DNA from: a bacterium
GTDB lineage: Bacteria > JADJOY01
Direction: 5' to 3'
Assembly (NCBI GenBank): GCA_046331705.1
Contig: JAXLQJ010000062.1
Coordinates: 1 to 41,214 of the forward strand
Length of the DNA: 41,214 nucleotides
Under the pieces are notes generated by a model. It was not told the origin of the DNA. It ran no database searches and worked only from the letters and a program-made list of their open reading frames with translations. The position numbers and the translations under genes were made by a program. This document shows positions 1 to 11,536 of this stretch, piece by piece. The first letter of the stretch is position 1. Each line of letters starts with the position of its first letter.

Positions 1-7
1 GTTCGCC

Positions 8-2032
8 GTGGCAGCGGCTTCGGCCGTGGTCGCGGCGACGCCCGCCGCCGCGGCGACCGTCGAGCGCGCTCCGCTCGACATCGCCAACGACCCCACCTGG
101 CGCCCGCTGCTCTGGCAGCGCCCGCCCGCGATCGGCCCTGGCACGCTCACCGAGCCTGCCGGGATCGACGAGCGCCTGCTCGCGCGCGCCATCGCGTTGG
201 CTCCCGAGCTCGAGACGATGCTGGCGGCGCCCAGCGCGACGCCCGACGCGAACCCGGAGAAGGCGCGCGCTGCACGCCTCGAAGCCGCGCTCGCCGCGAC
301 CACTCAGGTGGAAGTGCGTGCGTTGCTGGCGACGCTGCTGGGTCGCGCGCGGCTCGCGGCAACGGACCTCGAAGCGAAGGACGTCGAGCACGCCGCCTTC
401 GACGTGGCGCGCGAGATCGGTCAGGCGCGCCTCGCCAGTTCCGCTGCCGATACCCGCTGCCTGCTCGCGCTCGCGACCGGCCGCGCGGCGTCGCTCGCGG
501 GTCTCACCAGCACCGCGTCGAGCGCTTATCGCACGTCGCACTGCGCGGGTCCCGCCGAGAGCGCTCACGCAGCGCTCGCCCAGGGCCTCCTGCTCGTCGA
601 GCTGGGGCGCAAGGGCGAGGCGGAGAGCGCGCTCGCCTCCGGCGAGCTCGGCGCGCTGCCCAAGTCCGATCAGGCGCTGGCGATCGCGGCGCGCGGAGAT
701 CTCGAGCTCAATCGGGGCGAGATCGGCCACGCCATCGACCGTTACCGCGAGGCCGCCGCGCGCGTGCCCGGCGAGCTGCTGCCACCCGCGCTCGCGATCC
801 GCCTCGCCGAGGCTGCGCGCCTCACGGGCGACGGCGCCGACGCCGCACGCATGCTGGTGCGGGTCCGCAATCGCCTCACCCACGACGAGAAGCTCACGAG
901 CTGGATCAACCTCCGGCTCGGCACCTTGGCGCTCGCAGCGGGCCAGATCGGCGTCGCGCACACCGAGCTGGGCGGCGCGGGCGACGGCGACACGGCGACG
1001 TTGCGCCGCATCGACGCGCGCCAGGCCTTCGCCGTGAGCCAGCACGCCACCCGCGAGCTGTTGGCGCTCGCCGACGAGTACGCGGCGCTGGCGCGCTCCG
1101 CCCGCGATCCCCAGGTCGAGGAAGAAGCGAGCTTCAAGGCCGGCTGGGTCGCGCTCAGGGCGCACGACGCCGAGCGCGCCCGCCAATCGTTCGATGCGTT
1201 TCGCGAGCTTCATCCGCACAGCGCGCTGGTGATCGCGGCCAGCCAGGGCGTCGACTCGGCGCTCGAGGAGCTCGTCGTGGACATGGCCGGTCACGGCGAT
1301 CCGCTCGAGCTGGCGCAGATGCTGGCGCGTGATCGCACGCTCTTGTCGAGCAGCGCCGCCGGTCCGCGCATGTGGCTCTTGGCGGGCTGGGCCCTCGAGG
1401 CGCTCGGCCTCGACCCCGAGGCGGAAGCACTCTACCGGCGTACCCGCTCGCGGCTCGCCGACGTCGATCGCGGCTGCGCCGAGCACCTGGTGGCGCGGGT
1501 GGCGGCGATCGCGCTGCGCCGCGGCGACACTGCGGAAGCGCGCCGACTCACGAGCGGCGAGCTCGACGCGCTGGCGCTCGATCGGCTGGCGGTGTGGCGG
1601 CCGGACCCGCACAGCGCCCCCGATTGCTCGACCTCGGTGAACGCCGAGATCGCCCCCAGCCCCACGCTCTCGATCGCGGCGGCCATGCGCGCGATGGATC
1701 GCGACGATTGCACGAGCGCGCGCGGCCACGTGGCCGAGGCCGGCAAGCTCGACGACGCGAACGCGATCCTGGTCGCCGCCGAGATCGAGCGCCGCTGCGG
1801 CGCCGAGGCACGCGCCGTGGCGCTGCTGACGCAAGCGCCGAACGGCGCGGCTCTCGCGGGCGACGCCCTCGCGATCGCGCTGCTCTCCACCGATCGGTTC
1901 CCCGAGTCGACCGAAGACCAGCCGATCCACCCAGCGCCCGCCGCTGCCGGCGTGTGGGCCGAGTGGGCACGCATCCGCGAGACCGATCGCACGCTGGCGA
2001 TCGAGCTCGCACGAGCCCGGATCCAGCCATGA
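8..2032 (+). CDS. TPR-like alpha-helical repeat protein at the head of the flagellar cluster (probably 5'-truncated by the window edge)
   Basis: Long Ala/Leu-rich ORF with TPR-like helical pairs (e.g. ARGDLELNRGEIGHAIDRYREA, ASFKAGWVALRAHDAERARQSFDAFRELHPHS). Its TGA overlaps the ATG of the kinase gene (ATGA at 2029-2032). Confidence 0.6.
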   Translation: MAAASAVVAATPAAAATVERAPLDIANDPTWRPLLWQRPPAIGPGTLTEPAGIDERLLARAIALAPELETMLAAPSATPDANPEKARAARLEAALAATTQVEVRALLATLLGRARLAATDLEAKDVEHAAFDVAREIGQARLASSAADTRCLLALATGRAASLAGLTSTASSAYRTSHCAGPAESAHAALAQGLLLVELGRKGEAESALASGELGALPKSDQALAIAARGDLELNRGEIGHAIDRYREAAARVPGELLPPALAIRLAEAARLTGDGADAARMLVRVRNRLTHDEKLTSWINLRLGTLALAAGQIGVAHTELGGAGDGDTATLRRIDARQAFAVSQHATRELLALADEYAALARSARDPQVEEEASFKAGWVALRAHDAERARQSFDAFRELHPHSALVIAASQGVDSALEELVVDMAGHGDPLELAQMLARDRTLLSSSAAGPRMWLLAGWALEALGLDPEAEALYRRTRSRLADVDRGCAEHLVARVAAIALRRGDTAEARRLTSGELDALALDRLAVWRPDPHSAPDCSTSVNAEIAPSPTLSIAAAMRAMDRDDCTSARGHVAEAGKLDDANAILVAAEIERRCGAEARAVALLTQAPNGAALAGDALAIALLSTDRFPESTEDQPIHPAPAAAGVWAEWARIRETDRTLAIELARARIQP

Positions 2033-3414
2033 CCAAGCTCGACACCGTGACCGTGCGGGAAGAAGCCCCCATGCCCGTGCTCGGCGAGACGCCCGACGCC
2101 GCCGCCGCGCAGGCGAGCCCGCATTTCGTGCGCCTCGAGCGCGCCTTCCAGGCGTTCCACCACAGCGCCGAGCGCTTGGGCGGCCGCTACGTGATGCTCA
2201 CGGAGGCGCTGCGCGAGCTCGAGGATCGACTCGACGCCCGCAATCGCGAGCTGCAATCGGCGCTCGCCGCCGAGCGCGATCTGCGCGAGCGGCTGCACAC
2301 CGTCGTCGAGAGCCTCGGCGCGGGGCTCTTGGTGGCCGACGCGAACGGCGCGGTGACGCTCTCGAACCGGGCGGCGCGCCAGCTGCTCGCCCGCGAGCAG
2401 CTCGAGGGCGCGACGCTCGCGGAGCTGCTGCCGGGCACGCTGCGCGTGGTGGACGGAGCGCGCTCGGCGCGCCGCCCGTCGCCGGCCAGCGTGGCGGAGG
2501 TGCTGGCCGAGCTCACCGGCACCGTGATCGCCGAAGGCGCCGTCGGCAGCGCTGGTCGCACCCAGGCGCGGCTGGTGCTCACCCGCCACGAGGATTCCGC
2601 GCCGGAGTCGCGGCTCGTGGTGGTGCTCCACGACGAGACCCGGCTCAAGAAGCTGGAGGGCGAGCTCCGGCGACGGGATCGCCTGGCCGCCGTCGGCACC
2701 GCCTCCGGCCAGATCGTCCACCAGATCCGCAGCCCGGTGACGAGCCTCGAGCTGCTCACCTCGCTGCTCGCCGACCAGCTCGGCGCGGACCCGGTGCACG
2801 GCGAGATCATCCAGGAGATCCGCCAGAGCCTGGGGCGCCTCGAGCGGACGCTCTCGAACCTGCTGCACTTCCTCGGCTCGGGCCGCATCGAGCGCCATTC
2901 GGTGCCGATCCGCGAGCTCATGGAGCGGGCGCTGCGCGCCGTGCCCCGTAGCCAGATCCAGAGCCCGATCGAGTTCCGGATCGCCGTCAGCCCCGTGGAC
3001 CTGCAAGCGGCCGTCGATCCGGAGCTGCTCGAGCAGGTGCTCATGAACCTGATCACCAACGCCGTGCAGGCGATGCCGAACGGCGGCTCGCTGGCCCTCG
3101 GCGCGGAAGCGGTCCTCACCGAGACCAACGAGATCGCCGAGGTCCGGCTCACGGTCGAGGACACCGGTGCCGGCATCCCGGCCGCCGAGCTGGAGCGCAT
3201 CTTCGATCCGTTCGTGACTGGCCGCGCGCACGGCACCGGGCTCGGCCTCACGCTGGTGCACAACGTCGTGGAAGCCCACGGCGGCACGCTGGAGATCCAG
3301 AGCGAGGTCGGACGCGGCACCCGCGTGACGCTGCTGTTGCCGACGGCCTCCGAACCGAGCCGTTCGACCCCGACCGCGCTTCTCGAACGACCCCACGATT
3401 CCATCGACGCCTGA
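2029..3414 (+). CDS. Cytoplasmic PAS-domain sensor histidine kinase, FleS/FlrB-like
   Basis: True start is ATG 2029 inside ORF 1372..3414. N-terminal coiled coil (AFQAFHHSAERLGGRY), PAS-like segment, H-box HQIRSP, N-box QVLMNLITNAVQA, DTGAG, and GTGLGL. No TM helix. Directly upstream of a sigma54 activator and flgB. Confidence 0.85.
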   Translation: MTKLDTVTVREEAPMPVLGETPDAAAAQASPHFVRLERAFQAFHHSAERLGGRYVMLTEALRELEDRLDARNRELQSALAAERDLRERLHTVVESLGAGLLVADANGAVTLSNRAARQLLAREQLEGATLAELLPGTLRVVDGARSARRPSPASVAEVLAELTGTVIAEGAVGSAGRTQARLVLTRHEDSAPESRLVVVLHDETRLKKLEGELRRRDRLAAVGTASGQIVHQIRSPVTSLELLTSLLADQLGADPVHGEIIQEIRQSLGRLERTLSNLLHFLGSGRIERHSVPIRELMERALRAVPRSQIQSPIEFRIAVSPVDLQAAVDPELLEQVLMNLITNAVQAMPNGGSLALGAEAVLTETNEIAEVRLTVEDTGAGIPAAELERIFDPFVTGRAHGTGLGLTLVHNVVEAHGGTLEIQSEVGRGTRVTLLLPTASEPSRSTPTALLERPHDSIDA

Positions 3415-3434
3415 GCCACCGAGGAGGAACCACC

Positions 3435-4826
<1,392 letters not shown>

Positions 4827-4866
4827 GCCGCGCGCACCAACGGCCCCGCGCGACGAGGAACGTGCC

Positions 4867-5283
4867 ATGCGAACCGACGCCCCCGAGACCCGGCTCTTCG
4901 ACTCCAACGTCGATCTCCTCGACGAGATGGTGCGGCTGCGTGCCCGCCGTCACACCCTGCTCGCCGGCAACGTGGCGAACGCCCAGACCCCGGGCTACGA
5001 CGCCAAGGACGCGCGCTTCGCCGTCGAGCTGTCGCACGCCACCGCGAGCCTCGAGCCGATGGCGCACACCGACGAGCGCCACCTGGGCCTGCCGAACGGC
5101 CTCGGGCCGGGCGCCCTCGATCCGATCTCGCGGCCCGACGCGACGGCCGGCCCGGATGGCAACACCGTCAGCCTCGACACCGAGCTCGGCAAGATGAGCA
5201 GCAACGCCGCCGAGGCCGCCGCCTACCTGCGCATCCTGAAGCGCAAGTTCCAGCTCATCCACGATGCGTTGAGCGGAGTGTGA
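4867..5283 (+). CDS. flgB: Flagellar basal-body rod protein FlgB
   Basis: RHTLLAGNVANAQTPGY, DGNTVSLDTE; position before flgC. Confidence 0.92.
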   Translation: MRTDAPETRLFDSNVDLLDEMVRLRARRHTLLAGNVANAQTPGYDAKDARFAVELSHATASLEPMAHTDERHLGLPNGLGPGALDPISRPDATAGPDGNTVSLDTELGKMSSNAAEAAAYLRILKRKFQLIHDALSGV

Positions 5284-5285
5284 CC

Positions 5286-5729
5286 ATGAACGGACTCTTC
5301 TCGAGCCTCGACATCGCCGCCAGCGGCATGGCGGTCCAGCGCACCCGCGTATCGGTGGCGACCGGCAACCTCGCCAACGCCGAGACCACGCGCACCGCCG
5401 CCGGCGGGCCCTACCGTCGCAAGGTGGTGATGGTCGAGCCCACGGCCCTCGAGCCGCGCGCGGCGAGCTTTCCCGAGACGCTGGCCTCGGTGGATCAGCC
5501 CGAAGGAGCGCGCGCCGTCGCGATCGTCGACGACGCCGCACCGGCGCGAGTGGTCCACGATCCCAGCCATCCCGATGCCGACGCGAACGGCAACGTCGCC
5601 TACCCGAACGTCGAGCCGATGACGGAGCTCATCGACTTGATGATGGCGAGCCGCGCCTACGAGGCGAACGCGACCGCGGCGGAGACCGCCCGCGGTCTCA
5701 TCCAACGAACCGTCGAGCTCTTGCGCTGA
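5286..5729 (+). CDS. flgC: Flagellar basal-body rod protein FlgC
   Basis: IAASGMAVQRTR..NLANAETTRT..GGPYRRK, HDPSHPDADANGNVAYPNV, ASRAYEAN. ATG 5286 follows GGAG; GTG 5280 is an alternative start. Confidence 0.95.
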   Translation: MNGLFSSLDIAASGMAVQRTRVSVATGNLANAETTRTAAGGPYRRKVVMVEPTALEPRAASFPETLASVDQPEGARAVAIVDDAAPARVVHDPSHPDADANGNVAYPNVEPMTELIDLMMASRAYEANATAAETARGLIQRTVELLR

Positions 5730-5760
5730 GGCGAACCGCCCGCGCACACGAGGGTGAACG

Positions 5761-6075
5761 ATGATCGACACCAAGCTCAACACCATCCGGGATCTGCCGA
5801 TCCAGAACCGCCGCGAGCTGGGCGAGGCGACCGGCACTCCCACCGAGCAGCCGAGCGGCGGCTTCGGTCAGATCCTGAGCGAGAAGCTCGGCGAGGTCGA
5901 GTCGCTCCAGAGCGACGCCGACCGAGCGGTCAAGCGCTTCGCGCTGGGCAACGGCGAGGGCCTGCAGGAGGCCGTCGTGGCCCTCGAGAAGGCCTCGCTC
6001 TCGTTCGAGATGATGATGAAGGTGCGCGGCAAGATCGTCGAGGCCTACCAGGACATCATGCGCATGCCGGTGTGA
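5761..6075 (+). CDS. fliE: Flagellar hook-basal body protein FliE
   Basis: C-terminal signature EKASLSFEMMMKVRGKIVEAYQDIMRMPV. Confidence 0.95.
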   Translation: MIDTKLNTIRDLPIQNRRELGEATGTPTEQPSGGFGQILSEKLGEVESLQSDADRAVKRFALGNGEGLQEAVVALEKASLSFEMMMKVRGKIVEAYQDIMRMPV

Positions 6076-6181
6076 GCGACGACGCGCCTGAGCGCCAAGC
6101 GCGAGCCCCACACCCGATCCGACATCCAACCACCGACCCCTCGCTCGCCACCCTCGCCGCACCCGCATCGCCGAGCTTGCC

Positions 6182-7782
6182 ATGGGCACCCTCGAACCCT
6201 GGATCGCCAAGGCCCGCAGCCTCTGGCTCGAGCTCAAGCCCGCGCAGCGCATCGTGGTCGCCGCGGTCATCGCGCTCGGGTTCGCGAGCGCCGCGTACTT
6301 CGCGATCGCCCCCACCAAGCTCGCCTATCAGCCGCTCTATCGCGACCTCGCCACGGGCGACCTGCACGAGATCCAGCAAGTGCTCGGCAAGGACGGCGTC
6401 CCGTTCCGCCAGGACGAGCGCAGCGGCACCATCGAGGTGCCCGCCGAGGCGATCGAGAAGGTGCGCATGCGGCTCGCCGCCGAGGGGTTGCCTCGGCAAG
6501 GCGGTCCGGGCTTCGAGCTCTTCGAGTCGAGCCGCTTCGGCCAGACCGAGTTCGACCAGAAGATCGCGCTGCAGCGCGCGCTCGAAGGCGAGCTGGCCCG
6601 CACCATCCGCGGCCTCGATTCCGTGGAGGCCGTGCGCGTGCACCTGGTGCTGCCGGCGCACGAGCTGTTCCGCTCGAGCGCATCGCCCGCCTCGGCCTCG
6701 GTGGTGCTGCGACTGCACGCGGGCCGCGGCCTCACGCCGACGCAGGTGGGCGGCATCGTGCACCTGGTGTCGAGTGCGGTCGCCGGCCTCGAGCCCAATC
6801 AAGTGACGGTGATCGACCAGCACGGCACGCTGCTCACCAGCGGCGACACCACCAGCGACGACGGCGAGCCCACCGACGCCAAGCTCGCCCAGACGCGCCA
6901 CAGCCACGAGGTCGAGCTCGAGCGCCGCATCGAGGCGCTGCTGGTGCCGATCGTCGGCGCCGGCCACGTGGTGGCGCGCGTCGGCGTCGAGTTCGACGTC
7001 ACCCGTCGCGAGACCTCCGAGGTGCGCTACGACCCGGACACCACGGCGATTCGCAGCGAATCGCGCTCCGAGGACAAGCAAGCGCAGAGCGGCGCCGGCT
7101 CCGCGAGCGTGACCGCGAACGTGCCCGGCGCGCCCGCCGGCGCGCCGCCCGGGGGCGGGCCGAGCGGACGCGCCACCCAGCAATCGACGATCAACTACGA
7201 GGTCAGCAAGGTCGAGACGCGTTCCATCCTGCCCGCCGCCAAGCAGCGGGTCACCGCCGCGGTGCTCGTGGACGGCACCTACGGCGCCACCGCCGACGGC
7301 AAGGCGGCCGAGCGTACCAGCCCCTGCCGGACACCTTGAGCCGCATCGAGGGCTTGGTGCGCGAGGCGGTGAGCTTCGACGAGAAGCGCGGCGACTCGGT
7401 GCGGATCGAGAACGTCCGCTTCCAGGTGCCCGAGGTCCCGGTCGCCACCGGCGAGAGTCGGAACTGGCTCAACACCGCCCTCGCCGTGCTGCGCGCGGCG
7501 GCACCCGCGCTCGGCATCCTGCTGCTCTACGCGACGGTGCTGAGACCGCTGCTTCGGTCCCTGCCGATGCCCGCGCGTCCGGCCTTCACGACCAGCGTCG
7601 AGGTCGCGGCCGCCGGCGGCGGGTCGCTCTCGGAGAGCGCCGCCGCGGCGCTCGCGGAAGGCGGAGCGGTGCTCGACACGACGCCCCTCAACTCGCGCAT
7701 GCGCGGCGAGATCGAGGCCGCGGCCCGGCAAGACCCGAAGCGCGTGGCGATGCTCATCCAGACGCTCATCCAAGAGGAATGA
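6182..7782 (+). CDS. fliF: Flagellar MS-ring protein FliF, split by one frameshift near 7305-7315
   Basis: ORF 6182..7339 has the N-terminal TM, GFELFE, TEFDQKIALQRALEGELARTI, RVHLV and TINYEVSK. The reading continues in the -1 frame as YQPLPDTLSRIEGLVREAVSFDEKRGDSVRIENVRF, second TM, stop at 7782. Confidence 0.9.
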
Positions 7783-7785
7783 TCG

Positions 7786-8859
7786 ATGAGCGCTGCGAAC
7801 GGGCGCGCGGCCCGTGACGAAGCTCCCAAGACCGGGATCATGGTCGGCGCGATGAAGGCCGCGAGCATCCTTCAGATCCTCGACGACCAGATCGTGCCGG
7901 AGGTGCTGGCCCACCTGCCCGACCGCACCATCGCGCGCATCCTCGCCGGCGCCGACCGCCTCCAGAAGGAGGGCGGGCCCGACCCCGACGCGATCATCCA
8001 GGAGTTCCACACGCGGCTCACGGGAGGCGTGGTGCGGATCTCCGACTCGGTGCTGAGCCTGAGCCAGCTCGAGGGCAAGCTCGACGCCGAGCGGCTGCGC
8101 AACGTGCTCAAGGAGCAGACCGTGCTCGCGCTCCAGGGCGAGGTGGCCAACGGCTCGGGCGGCGCGCTGCAGAAGCTGGGCGAGCTCTTTCCGGCGACCC
8201 TGAGCCAGTTCTTCGCCAACGAGCATCCCCAGATCACGGCCGTGGTGCTCGCGCACCTGAGCCCCGAGATCTCGTCGCAGGTGCTGGGCGGCATGCCCGA
8301 CGCGCTGCGCGCCGAGGTGCTCATCCGCATGTCACGGCTCGAGCAGGTCGATCCCAGCACCTTGCTCGAGGTGAGCGAGATCCTGGGCGCCGAGTTCCAG
8401 GAGCAGGCGTCCGCCGCCACCACCACCCAGCTCGGCGGCGTCGAGGCGGTGGCCGAGGTCCTCAACCGCATGGACCGCACCGTCGGCACCACGCTGCTCG
8501 AGGACATCGAGAAGCGCGAGCCCGAGATGGTGGAGCGAATCCGCGAGCTGATGTTCGTGTTCGACGACCTGGTGCAGCTCTCGGATCGCGATCTGCAGCT
8601 CATCGTGAAGGACGTGCCGCGCAACCTGCTGGTGCTCGCCATGAAGACCGTCAGCCCCGAGCTCAAGGAGAAGATCTTCGCGAACATCTCGAAGCGCGCC
8701 GCCGGCATGCTCCAGGAGGACCTCGACGCGCTCGGCCCGATGCGCCTGAGCGAGGTCGAGAAGGCCCAGCGCGAGATCGTGGAGATCGTGCGCAAGCTCG
8801 AGGCCGCCGGTCAGATCACCATGCCGACCCGCGGTGAAACCGGAGACGTGCTCGTGTGA
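7786..8859 (+). CDS. fliG: Flagellar motor switch protein FliG
   Basis: EHPQ motif, GGVEAVAEVLN, MFVFDDL, RLSEVEKAQREIV. Confidence 0.95.
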   Translation: MSAANGRAARDEAPKTGIMVGAMKAASILQILDDQIVPEVLAHLPDRTIARILAGADRLQKEGGPDPDAIIQEFHTRLTGGVVRISDSVLSLSQLEGKLDAERLRNVLKEQTVLALQGEVANGSGGALQKLGELFPATLSQFFANEHPQITAVVLAHLSPEISSQVLGGMPDALRAEVLIRMSRLEQVDPSTLLEVSEILGAEFQEQASAATTTQLGGVEAVAEVLNRMDRTVGTTLLEDIEKREPEMVERIRELMFVFDDLVQLSDRDLQLIVKDVPRNLLVLAMKTVSPELKEKIFANISKRAAGMLQEDLDALGPMRLSEVEKAQREIVEIVRKLEAAGQITMPTRGETGDVLV

Positions 8860-9629
8860 CGAGCGAATCGAGCCCCATGCCCATCCCCCCCGCGAGCAAC
8901 ACCCGGATCCTGAAGGGCAAGACGGGATCGTCCACGGTGGACGCGTTCCGCTATCGCCCCATCGGCGCGCTCGGCAACGAGACCGTGGCGCAGCAGGAGC
9001 CGAATCCTCCCGCCGCCACCGGCTTCGACGAGGAAGCGATCCGGCGCGCGTACGAGGAGGGCTACCGCGCGGGCCGGGAGATCGGCATCGAGGTCGGGCG
9101 CGACGAGGCGCGCGGCAAGCTCGCCGCGCTGCACGGCCTCCTCGCGGACCTCGACGGGCTCACGATGCGGCTGCTCAGGCGCGCCGAGACCCAGGCCGTG
9201 GACCTGGTGCTGGCGATCTCCAAGGCGGTGCTGCGGCGCGAGATCTCGGTGCGGCCGGAGTCGATCCTCGACATGGTGCGTCACGCGATCGCGCTCATCG
9301 AGAGTCACGAGGCCGTCGAGGTCCACGTCCACCCCAACGTGTTGCACTGGATCGAGCGCGACGGGCGCGCCGCCTACGACGGCTTGCTCGAGCTGGCGCA
9401 CGTGCAGATCCGTGGCGACTCGGCGCTCGCCGAGGACGGCTTCCGCGTGGTCGCCATCGACGCGGACCTGAGCGCCGACGTGGCGCAGCAAGTCGACGAG
9501 ATCGCGCGGCGTCTCGAGCTGCCGACCAGCGAGCGCGCCGAGCGCCGCGATCAGCTCGAGAGCGCCGTGCTCGAGACTCCCTGGCGCCTCGAGCTGGCGT
9601 CCGAGCCGAACGCGACGGAGAGCCGATGA
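8856..9629 (+). CDS. fliH: Flagellar assembly protein FliH
   Basis: AYEEGYRAGREIG (GxxxG repeats), VHVHP; lies between fliG and fliI with 4-bp overlaps. Confidence 0.85.
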   Translation: MTSESSPMPIPPASNTRILKGKTGSSTVDAFRYRPIGALGNETVAQQEPNPPAATGFDEEAIRRAYEEGYRAGREIGIEVGRDEARGKLAALHGLLADLDGLTMRLLRRAETQAVDLVLAISKAVLRREISVRPESILDMVRHAIALIESHEAVEVHVHPNVLHWIERDGRAAYDGLLELAHVQIRGDSALAEDGFRVVAIDADLSADVAQQVDEIARRLELPTSERAERRDQLESAVLETPWRLELASEPNATESR

Positions 9630-10984
9630 ACGCGCGGGCCAGCTCGTTCGCGTCGGTGTCGCTGCGCCTCGACCGCTATCTCAAGCACGTCGCCGAGATC
9701 GAGCCGCTCCGGCCGATGGGCCACGTCACGCGCGTGGTGGGGCTCGTGGTGGAAGGCCGCGCTCCAGGCAGCACCGTGGGCAGCCTGTGCCGGATCATTC
9801 CCGAGCAGGCCGGGCCGGACGTGTTCGCCGAGGTGGTCGGGTTTCGCGACGATCGAGCGCTCTTGATGCCGCTCGGCAGTCTGCTGGGCGTGGGCCCCGG
9901 CAGCCGGATCTGCCTCGAGCGCCGCTCGATCGGCGTCGCGGTGGGTGCGGCGCTGCTGGGACGCGTGGTGGACGCGCTCGGCAGGCCGATGGACGACGGC
10001 CCCGCGCTGCTGCTCTCCGACGAGGCACCGCTCAGCCCCGAGCCCATGAACCCGATGCGGCGCTCGCGGATCGTCGAGCCGCTCGATCTCGGCGTGCGCT
10101 CGCTCAACACGCTCACCACCTGCGGACGCGGCCAGCGCATGGGGATCTTCGCCGGCTCGGGCGTCGGCAAGAGCACGCTGCTCGGCATGATCGCCCACCA
10201 CGCCCGCGCCGACGTCAACGTGATCGGCCTCATCGGCGAGCGCGGCCGCGAGGTGGGCGACTTCGTCGAGAAGATCCTGGGGCCGGACGGCTTGGCGCGC
10301 TCGGTGGTGGTGGCGGCGACCTCCGACGAGTCGCCGCTGCTACGCCGCCGCGGTGCGTTCGCCGCGACGGCGATCGCCGAGTATTTCCGACGGCGCGGCG
10401 CGGACGTGCTCTTGCTCATGGATTCGGTCACGCGGCTCGCCGCCGCCCAGCGCGAGATCGGCATGGCCGCCGGTGAGCCCCCCGCCGCGCGCGGCTACAC
10501 GCCGTCGGTGTTCGCGATGATCCCGCAGCTCCTCGAGCGCGCCGGAAGCGTGCGCGGCGAGGGCAGCATCACCGGCCTCTACACCGTGCTGGTGGACGGC
10601 GACGACCTGAACGACCCCATCGCCGACACGGTGCGCTCGATCCTCGACGGTCACGTGGTGCTGAGCCGCGAGATCGCCGGTCAGGGGCGCTTTCCCGCGG
10701 TGGACGTGCTCGCGAGCGTGAGCCGCTCGATCAACGACCTCATCCCGCCCTCGCACCTCGCGCTCACGCGCAAGCTCCGCCAGCTCCTCTCCACGTACCA
10801 GCGCGCCGAGGACCTGATCCGCATCGGCGGCTACGTGAAGGGCAGCGATCCGCGCGTCGACGAGGCGATCCTGCGCATCGACGCCATCCACGCCTTCCTC
10901 ACGCAGGCGCCCAACGAGCCCGTGAACATGGAACGGGCCGTGCAAGACCTGGCCGCAGCCGTCGGTGCAACCGGCTCGAATTGA
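9626..10984 (+). CDS. fliI: Flagellum-specific export ATPase FliI
   Basis: Start ATG 9626 overlaps the fliH stop. GQRMGIFAGSGVGKSTLLGM, LIGERGREV, LLMDSVTR, GEPP, DGHVVLSR. Confidence 0.96.
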   Translation: MNARASSFASVSLRLDRYLKHVAEIEPLRPMGHVTRVVGLVVEGRAPGSTVGSLCRIIPEQAGPDVFAEVVGFRDDRALLMPLGSLLGVGPGSRICLERRSIGVAVGAALLGRVVDALGRPMDDGPALLLSDEAPLSPEPMNPMRRSRIVEPLDLGVRSLNTLTTCGRGQRMGIFAGSGVGKSTLLGMIAHHARADVNVIGLIGERGREVGDFVEKILGPDGLARSVVVAATSDESPLLRRRGAFAATAIAEYFRRRGADVLLLMDSVTRLAAAQREIGMAAGEPPAARGYTPSVFAMIPQLLERAGSVRGEGSITGLYTVLVDGDDLNDPIADTVRSILDGHVVLSREIAGQGRFPAVDVLASVSRSINDLIPPSHLALTRKLRQLLSTYQRAEDLIRIGGYVKGSDPRVDEAILRIDAIHAFLTQAPNEPVNMERAVQDLAAAVGATGSN

Positions 10985-11074
10985 CCCGGCGCACGCTGCC
11001 AGCGAACGCGCGCGCCGCGCCACCAGCCCCGACGGCTCGTCGCACACCGCCGCCAGCCAAGGAGGGTCGCGCGC

Positions 11075-11536
11075 GTGAAATCCCGCCGAATCGAACCACT
11101 TTTGCGCTTTCGCGAGGCCCGCGAGGACGATCGCCGCCGCGACGCGGCGCGCGCCGACGAGCGACTCCACGCGCACGATGCGCTGATCGCCTCGATGGCC
11201 CGGCGCATCGACGATCTGGTCGAGGAGATCGAGCGCGGCACCGCCGCGGGTCTCGATGGCGCGGAACTGCGCATGCGCGAGGAACATCTTGCCGCGTTGC
11301 AGAATCAGCGCCTGCTGGCCGTGGCGATCCGCGTCGAGCTCGAGCGCGAGCGCGAGCTGGAGCGCGAGCGGCTGCTGGGCGCGCACCGCGAGCGCCGAGC
11401 GGTCGAGAATCTCATGACCCGCACGGTCGCCGACGAGCGCGAGGAGCGCGCGCGCAACGAACGCGCCCAGATCACCGAGCTCGCCGTGCTCGGATCGCTG
11501 CGCGATTCGGCGCTCTCGACGCGGAGCATCTCGTGA
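11075..11536 (+). CDS. fliJ: Flagellar export chaperone FliJ
   Basis: 153-aa coiled coil (IEPLLRFRE...RRAVENL...EQITE-like end) directly after fliI. RBS AAGGAGG. Confidence 0.75.
   Translation: MKSRRIEPLLRFREAREDDRRRDAARADERLHAHDALIASMARRIDDLVEEIERGTAAGLDGAELRMREEHLAALQNQRLLAVAIRVELERERELERERLLGAHRERRAVENLMTRTVADEREERARNERAQITELAVLGSLRDSALSTRSIS

Noticed and set aside
7290..7340. Programmed ribosomal frameshift or phase-variable tract in fliF
   Set aside because: No X XXY YYZ slippery site or long simple-sequence tract at the junction. Other apparent indels nearby point to sequence error.
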